This document shows, one piece after another, positions 56,569-64,000 of a stretch of 64,000 bases of DNA. Origin of the DNA: Candidatus Nitrospinota bacterium M3_3B_026 (GTDB lineage Bacteria > Nitrospinota_A > UBA7883 > JBPRGF01); contig JBPRGF010000023.1 in assembly GCA_051418015.1 (NCBI GenBank), positions 128,001 through 192,000 on the forward strand. Reading direction: 5' to 3'. The notes under the pieces were generated by a model. It had not been told where the DNA came from and did no database searches. It saw only the letters and a list, made by a program, of their open reading frames with translations. The position numbers and the translations under genes were made by a program. Numbering within the stretch: the stretch's first letter is position 1; every line of letters begins with the position of its first letter.

Positions 56569-57969
56569 TCAGCCGCCGTGAGACTCTTTCGCCAGGGCCC
56601 CGTTTATCATATTGAAAAGTTTTTCCTCCACTTGCCCCAGGGCCGACAGGGCGAACTCCTTTTTGAAGGCCTCCAATGGCACGACAGCCTTCGCCATGGA
56701 CTGGTGCCCCCCCGCGCCTCCAAGCCTTGAGAAAAGCTCCGTGGCGACGTCACCCGCCCACAGGCCCGACGACGACATGTTCCGCATGGAGACGACGATG
56801 TTCCCCTCGTACACGCCCCCCACCGCCGTCCAGGAGCCCTCGCCTATCTGCAGGGAGAAGTCCGCCAGCCTGGGGATGATGTCCTCCTTTTCGATCTCGC
56901 CAAGCCACATGAACACAAGCTCCCCCTTCTCGCGCCTGTTGTTTATGGCCCGGACGAAATATGAAAGCTCCTTCGGGTCCAGCCTGGGCCGGGACATGCT
57001 GGAGAGAAGATGCGTGTTCCCGATAGGCCACAGCGCCGTGAAAGCCTCGAAATCCCGCCGGGAGGTGTCGCGGGCAAGGGTCATGGTGTCGCTTATTATC
57101 CCGTAGAGCAGCGCCGTGGCCAGCCGTTGCGTGATGGGCGTCCCCGCGGCGGCGAGATACTCGTACAGCATGGTGGAGGTGGCGCCGTAGGAGACATCGA
57201 CGTCCTTGAACGCGGCGTCGTATTCAACGGGGTACGGATGATGGTCCATCACCGCGTCGACACGGCCGAAAAGCCCCTCCTCGAAATAGGGCGGCTGAAC
57301 GTCCACCATCACGACCCTGTCGAAACCCGCCACATCCTTCCGCGAGATGCGCCGCACCCCGGTCCGCAAAAGACGGACCATCGCCTGGTTCTCCTTCCTG
57401 GCCACCTCCCCCAGCGAGCATATCGGGGCGCCCTCGCCGTCTCTGCCCAGGAGCGCCTGAGTGGCCATGCCGCAGGCTATCGCGTCGGGGTCCGGGTCGT
57501 TCTGGGTCATGATGAGCACCCTGTCCGCGCCGGAGAGGACTTTGAGAAGCCTGTGGACTTTCTGGCGGGTGTTTATCATGCTCCACTCGCCGGAAAGGCT
57601 TTTCTTGACCAGTTCCACGATGTTCACCACAGAGACGTTGGCCAGCTTCTTAAAACGCGCGGGCTCCCCCTGGCTCGTCAGGGCCAGTATGGAGGGGGGG
57701 GCGGCGCGGGAGGAGAGAAACTCGACAAGCCGCGAAAAGGACGAAAGGTCATCGGCGGCCAGCACCACCCTGTCCGACGAGGTTATGTCGAGCTTCGACA
57801 CCTCGTCCAGGTAGAACTCGTTCCACTCGAAAAGACGGCCGGGGAAGACCGGCGCCTGGCCGCTTTGAAGGGGGCCGATCTTGACCACTATCATGTCGTC
57901 GGGTCTTTCCGCCAGGCCGGATATCACCGACAGGAGGTCATACCTGTACAGGAAAACAAAATATCTCAT
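56569..57969 (-). CDS. DHH-family phosphoesterase with N-terminal extension
   Basis: DPDPDAIA, VDV, MDHH, GATST, GIISDT, GAGGH (start could be 57987). Confidence 0.85.
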   Translation of the reverse strand: MRYFVFLYRYDLLSVISGLAERPDDMIVVKIGPLQSGQAPVFPGRLFEWNEFYLDEVSKLDITSSDRVVLAADDLSSFSRLVEFLSSRAAPPSILALTSQGEPARFKKLANVSVVNIVELVKKSLSGEWSMINTRQKVHRLLKVLSGADRVLIMTQNDPDPDAIACGMATQALLGRDGEGAPICSLGEVARKENQAMVRLLRTGVRRISRKDVAGFDRVVMVDVQPPYFEEGLFGRVDAVMDHHPYPVEYDAAFKDVDVSYGATSTMLYEYLAAAGTPITQRLATALLYGIISDTMTLARDTSRRDFEAFTALWPIGNTHLLSSMSRPRLDPKELSYFVRAINNRREKGELVFMWLGEIEKEDIIPRLADFSLQIGEGSWTAVGGVYEGNIVVSMRNMSSSGLWAGDVATELFSRLGGAGGHQSMAKAVVPLEAFKKEFALSALGQVEEKLFNMINGALAKESHGG

Positions 57970-58116
57970 CTGAAAATTATAGACCATGCGCCCCAGGCGC
58001 GGGAGTCCTGGAGAACCCCCGAGCCCCATCCTCGGCCGGTTTGGGCGAACGGGCTTGTTATCGTCTTCTTAAAGTCGTATCTTTATCTATTCGGGTGTTT
58101 AGCTCAGGCAAGGAAG

Positions 58117-58767
58117 ATGATAGACCTGCACACGCACACGCTCTTTTCCGACGGGGAGCTTCTTCCCTCGGAGCTTTTGAGGCGGGCCGAGACGGCCGGG
58201 TACCGCGCCATAGCCTTCACCGACCACGTGGACGCCTCCAACTATGACTTCACGGCTCCGAGGATCGCCCGGGCCTGCGATGAACTGGCCGGGGGCCCCG
58301 TGACCGCCCTGCCGGGGGTGGAGATCACCCATGTCCCGCCGGACAGGATAGGCGATCTCGTGAAAAGCTGCAGGGAGGCCGGGGCGAGGATCATAGTCGT
58401 CCACGGGGAATCGATCGTGGAGCCCGTGGCCCCGGGCACGAACAGGGCCGCCATCGAGGCGGGAGTGGACATACTCGCCCATCCGGGCCTCATAACCGGA
58501 GAGGACGCGGCGCTGGCGGCGGAAATGGGCGTCCTGCTGGAGATAAGCGGCCGGGGAGGGCACAGCTTCACCAACGGCCACGTGGCCGCCACGGCGCGTA
58601 AGGCCGGGGCCGGACTGGTTTTCAACACCGACGCACACAGGATCGGCGACCTGATGGACGCCGAGATGGCCTTCAAGGTGGCCCTGGGCGCGGGGATGAG
58701 CGAAGGCGAGGTTGAAAGGATGTTCGAGGCGGCCATGGAGCTTGTCCGGAAGGCCGGGCGCGGATGA
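58117..58767 (+). CDS. PHP-domain protein (histidinol-phosphatase-like)
   Basis: DLHTHTLFSDG, TDH, GVEITH, VHGE, AHPG, NTDAH. Confidence 0.92.
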   Translation: MIDLHTHTLFSDGELLPSELLRRAETAGYRAIAFTDHVDASNYDFTAPRIARACDELAGGPVTALPGVEITHVPPDRIGDLVKSCREAGARIIVVHGESIVEPVAPGTNRAAIEAGVDILAHPGLITGEDAALAAEMGVLLEISGRGGHSFTNGHVAATARKAGAGLVFNTDAHRIGDLMDAEMAFKVALGAGMSEGEVERMFEAAMELVRKAGRG

Positions 58768-58859
58768 CGCGCCGCTTGCCATCATGGCCGGTTCTCTAAT
58801 ATCCTTGGTACCTTCCCGGTATTGATAAGGAGACCTTTTCATAACTCGAAGGATAAGGC

Positions 58860-58990
58860 GCCGCCGGATATTTTCTCCCCCTGCCAGAGGGGGAGTGGCG
58901 CGGTCTTCCGCGGCGAGGGGATGGGAGTCAGATAAAATATACCCCCTCCCGCCTTACGGTGTCCTCCCCCTTGTGAAGGGGGAGGAAAAA
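58860..58990. repeat. family B hairpin cluster
   Basis: CTCCCCCTGCCAGAGGGGGAG and TCCTCCCCCTTGTGAAGGGGGAGGA. Confidence 0.7.
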
Positions 58991-59055
58991 ATCGGAGAAG
59001 CGCGGTCATTAGGGTGATGCAAGGATATCATTGATAAGGAGAATAATTTTTTCAA

Positions 59056-59844
59056 ATGGGCCGCTATAAAAAGACAGCGAAGAAAAAAACAGGAGCGAAA
59101 GAGCCTTCATACGCCGACTCTTCCGTGACGGCGATGGAATGGGCTCGCGACAACATAGAGAAAGTCCTCGCCATTGCGGGCGTTCTGGTCCTCGCCGCCG
59201 CGGGCGTCTCCGGGCTTTTGTACTACCGCCACGCCAGCGCGGAACGTGAATACACCACGCTTTACGAGGCCGTGGCCCCCGCTGCGGGCGAAGACGCGGG
59301 GGATGCCGCCCTGGACGATGGCCTCTCCAGCCTCCGGAAATTCCTTGAAAAAGATGTCTCGAAGGGCGTGGAGGCGCAGGCCAGGTTCTGGCTCGGTGAT
59401 TTCCTGATCCGCAAGGATATGCCCGAAAAAGCGGCCTCCGAATACGACAGGATGGCGAAGATCACGGAAAGGGGGACCCTTTTCCATGAGCTTGCCCTCG
59501 CCAGAAGGGCGGACGCGCTCTGGAGGGCCGGAGACCCCGCCGCCGCCGCGGAGACGCTGCGGAAGCTTTACGAGTCGGCGGAGCATTACCCGCGTTCGAC
59601 GGCTCTTTACAACCTGGCCCTGGCCCTCGCCGCGGCCAACGACAAGGACGAAGCCGCCGACACCATAAACAGGCTCATCGCGGATCACCCCTCTTTTCAA
59701 TCCTCGGATTTTCTCGAGGCCACGATCAGAAGGATCAGGTCCGGCGCCCTCGCCGCCCGTGGGCCCTCGGACGGGAAGATCGAGTCTGAAAAACCGGAGG
59801 CCATGCCCGTCGGCGCTTCCGATGTCCATGGCGGCGCGGGCTGA
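59056..59844 (+). CDS. membrane-anchored TPR protein (YfgM-like)
   Basis: N-terminal TM helix after W..N..K; TPR-like helices. Confidence 0.7.
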   Translation: MGRYKKTAKKKTGAKEPSYADSSVTAMEWARDNIEKVLAIAGVLVLAAAGVSGLLYYRHASAEREYTTLYEAVAPAAGEDAGDAALDDGLSSLRKFLEKDVSKGVEAQARFWLGDFLIRKDMPEKAASEYDRMAKITERGTLFHELALARRADALWRAGDPAAAAETLRKLYESAEHYPRSTALYNLALALAAANDKDEAADTINRLIADHPSFQSSDFLEATIRRIRSGALAARGPSDGKIESEKPEAMPVGASDVHGGAG

Positions 59845-59889
59845 AGCCTTCGGCGTTCCGGCCCGCCGCCCGGAGTTGGAGGCCATTGA

Positions 59890-60591
59890 ATGACTCCCCA
59901 CTGGTTCGACGTCTTTGTCGCCCTGTTTCTGCTGGCCTCGGCGGTCTGGTCATACTTCCGCGGGTTCATAAAGGAGGTCTTCTCCATAGCCTCCATCGCC
60001 GCGGGAGTGTTCGCCGGCTCCATGTACCACGAGAAAGCGGCGCCCTGGTTTGAAATCATCACAGGCGATGAGTTCTACCGGAGACTCGCGGCGTTCGTCA
60101 CGCTCTTCGTTCTCGCCGCCGCGGCGGTCGCGTTCATCGGGAGCCTGATACGGCGCGTCCTCCATGTCTCCTGGGCGATAAACTTCGCCGACAGCGTGGC
60201 CGGCGTCTTCCTCGGCGTTTTGAAAGGCTTTCTTATCCTTGTTATCATCACGCTTCCGCTGGCGCTCGCGCCCACGCTGAACAAGGAGGTTGTGAGAGGC
60301 TCCAGGAGCGCGCCGCTCCTGGCCGAAGCGGGGAGGCGGATCATCGAGATCACCGCGCCGGGCCTCGCGCCGGAGGCCCGCAAGTCCGAGAAATCCGACC
60401 CGGACACTGCGGCCGTGAAGCGCTACATGGAGGCGCTGAAAGAGAAGGCCGCGGTCATCGGGGGAAAGCTCGGTCTCGATGACAAAAAGAGCGGACGCGG
60501 GGACAAGATAACGGAAGAGGATAAAAAAGAGCTGGACAAGCTCATAGAGAGACTGAACAAAAACGCGGACAGCGAAACAGGGAGAGAGTAG
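59890..60591 (+). CDS. cvpA: CvpA-family membrane protein
   Basis: WFD, RGFIKEVFS, DSVAGVFLG.LKG, GSRSAP. Confidence 0.88.
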   Translation: MTPHWFDVFVALFLLASAVWSYFRGFIKEVFSIASIAAGVFAGSMYHEKAAPWFEIITGDEFYRRLAAFVTLFVLAAAAVAFIGSLIRRVLHVSWAINFADSVAGVFLGVLKGFLILVIITLPLALAPTLNKEVVRGSRSAPLLAEAGRRIIEITAPGLAPEARKSEKSDPDTAAVKRYMEALKEKAAVIGGKLGLDDKKSGRGDKITEEDKKELDKLIERLNKNADSETGRE

Positions 60592-60594
60592 CCG

Positions 60595-61638
60595 ATGTTC
60601 AAGACCGTGGAATGGAAAGGCGATAAAGTCCGGCTCATAGACCAGCGCAAGCTGCCGCTGGAGGAGACCTATATCGACCTCGAGACGAGCGGCGAGGCGG
60701 CGGCGGCGATAAAAGACATGGCCGTCCGCGGCGCCCCGGCCATCGGCGTCACCGCCGCCATGGGCGCGGCGCTGGCGGCGAAGTCGATAAACGCCCCGGA
60801 CGCCGACGGCTTCATGGCCGAGTTCGAAAAAGCGCTCGAAACCCTCGCCGCGTCGCGCCCCACGGCGGTGAACCTTTTCTGGGCGGTGGAGAGGATGCGC
60901 GCGAGAGCGCTGGCGGAAAAACCGAACGGCGTCGAGGCGGTCAAAACGGCGCTGGAGGAGGAGGCGCTGCGGATATACCGCGAGGACCTTGCCATAAACA
61001 GGACGATGGGGGAGAACGGCGCCGCGCTGCTGGACGACGGCGATACCGTCCTGACCCATTGCAACGCCGGGGCGCTGGCGACGGCGGGCGATTACGGCAC
61101 GGCCCTCGGCGTGATAAAGGCCGCCCACCTCGCCGGGAAGAATGTGAAAGTCTTCGCCGACGAGACGCGGCCCTGGCTGCAGGGGGCGAGGCTGACCACC
61201 TGGGAGCTGATGAAGGAGGGGATACCGGTGACCCTGATCTGCGACAACATGGCGGGGAGCCTCATGAAGCGCGGCATGATAAACAAGGTCGTGGTGGGCG
61301 CGGACAGGATCGCGGCGAACGGCGACGCGGCGAACAAGATAGGGACGTACACCGCCGCCGTCCTGGCGGCGCGGCATGGAGTCCCTTTCTACGTGGCGGC
61401 CCCCATGTCCACCATCGATTTCGACACGCCGGACGGGGATGGAATACCCATAGAGGAGCGCGACTCCTCGGAGATCACAAAAGTCATGGGCGGCCAGAGG
61501 ATAGCCCCGGAAGGGGTGGACGTGTACAATCCCGCCTTCGACGTGACGCCGAACGAGCTTATCACGGCGATAATCACGGAGAAGGGAGTGGCCAGGCCGC
61601 CTTTCACCGAGTCGCTGGAAAAACTGCGGCGAGGATGA
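60595..61638 (+). CDS. mtnA: S-methyl-5-thioribose-1-phosphate isomerase
   Basis: [58 protein letters not shown]. Confidence 0.97.
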   Translation: MFKTVEWKGDKVRLIDQRKLPLEETYIDLETSGEAAAAIKDMAVRGAPAIGVTAAMGAALAAKSINAPDADGFMAEFEKALETLAASRPTAVNLFWAVERMRARALAEKPNGVEAVKTALEEEALRIYREDLAINRTMGENGAALLDDGDTVLTHCNAGALATAGDYGTALGVIKAAHLAGKNVKVFADETRPWLQGARLTTWELMKEGIPVTLICDNMAGSLMKRGMINKVVVGADRIAANGDAANKIGTYTAAVLAARHGVPFYVAAPMSTIDFDTPDGDGIPIEERDSSEITKVMGGQRIAPEGVDVYNPAFDVTPNELITAIITEKGVARPPFTESLEKLRRG

Positions 61639-61709
61639 ACGCAACCGCCAATACGCCGAGACGGCGTCCAACGGCCCCGTTTCGCGCCGGCGCGGCGCAA
61701 CGTTGACGG

Positions 61710-61855
61710 CGCAGTCCTGAGGCGAAAGCCCTGATTCCCCTTTCCCGGACGGCAAAGGCAAGGTCCTTCACTTCGCTGACGCTTCGTTCAGGACGCCGGG
61801 TTGAAGCGAAGATGCCAGCTTTCTCGTCCTGAGCAACGCGAAGGGCCTTGGCTTT
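61710..61855. repeat. family A-related palindromic element
   Basis: GTCCTGAGGCGAAAGCC; AGGTCCTTC...GTTCAGGACG versus CGTCCTGAGC...GAAGGGCCT. Confidence 0.55.
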
Positions 61856-61915
61856 CAAACCGAAACACCCCGCCCCTTTCCTGTACAATTGACAGGTAAA
61901 ACGCAGGGCGGGAAG

Positions 61916-64000
61916 ATGAGAAACGACGCGCTGGAAAGAGCCACGGGCGAGATCGGCCGGGAGATATTCTCCCGGATGGAAAAAGAAAAGCCGCGTTTCT
62001 GGGAGACCTCCTGGTGGGAGCGGCGAGTCGTGGAATGGCTCACCTCGGACCCGGAAGTGAAAAGCCGCGTCCTGCGCTTCGTGGACGTCTACCCTTCGCT
62101 TAAAAGCGACAGGGCCGTCGCGCGCCACATAAAGGAATACCTGCCTGACGCCGCCGCGCGCCTGCCGGAGGGGCTTCGCGTGGGCGGCGCCATAATGAAA
62201 TCCGCCCTCCACGCGCCCGCCGCCGCCTCCGCTGCCACCAGGGCGGCCATGTCGAGGATGGCGAAAAAGTTCATCGCCGGCTCGAGCATGGAGGAGATGA
62301 CGGAGCGGCTGGACATTCTGCTCGAGGCGGGGATGAGCTACACCGTGGACATCCTCGGCGAGGCGACGCTTTCCGACAGGGAGGCGGACTTCTACGCGGA
62401 CAGCTACCTGAAGCTCATAACCTATCTGGCCGCGGGGCGCGCTCCGGGCGACCCGGCGGCGAGCGTCTCCCTGAAGCTTTCATCCCTCGCGCCGCGTTTC
62501 GACCCGGCCGCGCCGGAATACGCCAAGACCGAGGCGCTGCGCCGTCTCCGCCCCATATTGAAAGCCGCCGCAAAGACAGGATCCGGCGTCAACATAGACA
62601 TGGAGAGTTTCGAGCTTCGCGATCTTGCGCTGGAAGTTTTCCGGGAAATTCTGAACGACAGCTCCCTTGACGGGTGGGACGGCCTTGGAACGGTGGCCCA
62701 GGCGTACCTGAAAGACTCTGAAGAGTCGCTCGACGGCCTTCTCGGCATGATACGAGACAGCGGCCGCCGCGCCGCCGTCCGGCTCGTCAAGGGCGCATAC
62801 TGGGACATGGAGGCCGTCATCGCCAGCCAGAGGCGCTGGCCCCTCCCCACACGGGAGAGCAAGGCCGCCACGGACGCAGCCTTCGAGCGGATGACGCTCA
62901 AGCTGCTCGAAAACACCGATCACGTGACCGCGGCGGTAGCCTCGCACAACGTCCGCTCCATAGCCCGCGCCGTCGCCGCGGCGCGATGGATGGGAGCGCC
63001 CGAGGGGCGGTTCGAGATACAGACCCTCTACGGCATGGCCGATCCCGTGAAAAAGGCGCTGGTGGAGATGGGCGTCCCCGTCCGGGTGTACGCCCCCTTC
63101 GGCGAGATGATCCCCGGCATGGCCTACCTTGTAAGGAGGCTTCTCGAAAACTCCTCGAACGAGTCCTTCCTGCGCCGCTCCCTGCTGGAGGAGGCTTCGC
63201 CGGAGGAGCTTTTGAGAGATCCGGCGGAGACCCCGGAGCAAACGGCGGAAAAGGCCGAGGAGGAAAACGAGTCAAAAATATTCGTCAACGAGCCCGCGCC
63301 CATGTTCCATGAAAAAAGCTTCAGGGACGCCCTTGATGAAACCGTGGAGAAGACCCGCGCCGGGCTGGGAAAGCGTTACCATCCCATCATAGACGGCGAA
63401 AGAATCGAAGCGAACGTCTCCTTTTCCTCCACGGATCCTTCCAATCCTTCCCGGATCGTGGGGATCATATCGAAAGCCGGGGCGGATCTTGCCGAAAGGG
63501 CGATGAACACGGCCCTGGCCGCTTTCGGCTCCTGGGCGGCGCTGCCTGCGGAGAGCCGCTCGGAAAAGCTATTCAAAGCCGCGGCGATCATGAGAGAGCG
63601 CAAGCTCGGACTCGCCGCGCTTCAGATGTTCGAGGTCGGCAAGACCAGGCAGGAGGCCGTGGCGGACGTGGACGAGGCCATCGACCACGTGATGTTCAAC
63701 GCGGCCCATGCTCCCGCCCTGTCCAAGCGGGAGAGGACAAATGACGTCCTGGGCGAGGTGAACACCCTGCGTCACCGTCCCCGCGGCCCGGGAGTGGTGA
63801 TCGCGCCGTGGAACTTCCCGCTGGCCATCCTGGCGGGGATGGCCAGCGCCGCGCTGGCCGCCGGGAACACGGTGGTGGTGAAACCGTCGTCGAACTCCGC
63901 GGCGCTGGCTGCTGTGTTCATGGATATCCTGCTGGAGGCCGGGGTCAGCCCAGGCGCGGCGGGTTTTCTGCCCGGCCCCGGCCCGATACTCGGCAAGGCG
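61916..64000 (+). CDS. putA: bifunctional proline dehydrogenase / P5C dehydrogenase PutA (3' end outside window; missing from ORF track)
   Basis: Manual translation: RFVDVYP, TVDILGEA, SLKLS, NIDME, RLVKGAYWD, ASHN, LYGM, AYLVRRLLEN, then ALDH motif IAPWNFPLAI. Confidence 0.95.
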   Translation, partial: MRNDALERATGEIGREIFSRMEKEKPRFWETSWWERRVVEWLTSDPEVKSRVLRFVDVYPSLKSDRAVARHIKEYLPDAAARLPEGLRVGGAIMKSALHAPAAASAATRAAMSRMAKKFIAGSSMEEMTERLDILLEAGMSYTVDILGEATLSDREADFYADSYLKLITYLAAGRAPGDPAASVSLKLSSLAPRFDPAAPEYAKTEALRRLRPILKAAAKTGSGVNIDMESFELRDLALEVFREILNDSSLDGWDGLGTVAQAYLKDSEESLDGLLGMIRDSGRRAAVRLVKGAYWDMEAVIASQRRWPLPTRESKAATDAAFERMTLKLLENTDHVTAAVASHNVRSIARAVAAARWMGAPEGRFEIQTLYGMADPVKKALVEMGVPVRVYAPFGEMIPGMAYLVRRLLENSSNESFLRRSLLEEASPEELLRDPAETPEQTAEKAEEENESKIFVNEPAPMFHEKSFRDALDETVEKTRAGLGKRYHPIIDGERIEANVSFSSTDPSNPSRIVGIISKAGADLAERAMNTALAAFGSWAALPAESRSEKLFKAAAIMRERKLGLAALQMFEVGKTRQEAVADVDEAIDHVMFNAAHAPALSKRERTNDVLGEVNTLRHRPRGPGVVIAPWNFPLAILAGMASAALAAGNTVVVKPSSNSAALAAVFMDILLEAGVSPGAAGFLPGPGPILGKA

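Overview
GC-rich bacterial chromosomal segment. No CRISPR array, tRNA, rRNA or transposase was seen. Positions 1-13.3 kb hold a rearranged oxidative (reverse) dissimilatory sulfite reductase locus, all on the minus strand: dsrN-osmC, dsrEFH, dsrJOP, then dsrC-dsrA-dsrB-dsrL (dsrL runs off the left edge). No dsrD follows dsrB and no dsrMK lies in the window. Between dsrP and dsrC sits a three-gene module (small membrane protein, DUF5395-like protein, YeiH/PSE-family transporter) with its own near-consensus sigma-54 promoter and two phased TTCGC-N6-GCGAA palindromes. The remainder is mostly housekeeping: nhaB, htpX, nupC, metF, cls, pckA, efp, rimP-nusA-infB, folP, trpBA, recA-recX, pilD, cobA/hemD, rnpB, rpsU, a DEAD-box helicase, cvpA, mtnA and a partial putA. 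Accessory oddities are an AT-rich HEPN/AbiU2-like gene ending exactly where a hicA toxin gene is cut off after 12 codons, an orphan cheA with a CheD-receiver fusion, a sigma-54-driven pair of unknown secreted proteins, and two families of REP-like intergenic palindromes. The host looks like a non-gammaproteobacterial sulfur oxidizer, possibly Nitrospinota or Desulfobacterota-like; this is low-confidence inference. Family assignments come from recognised motifs, not database searches.
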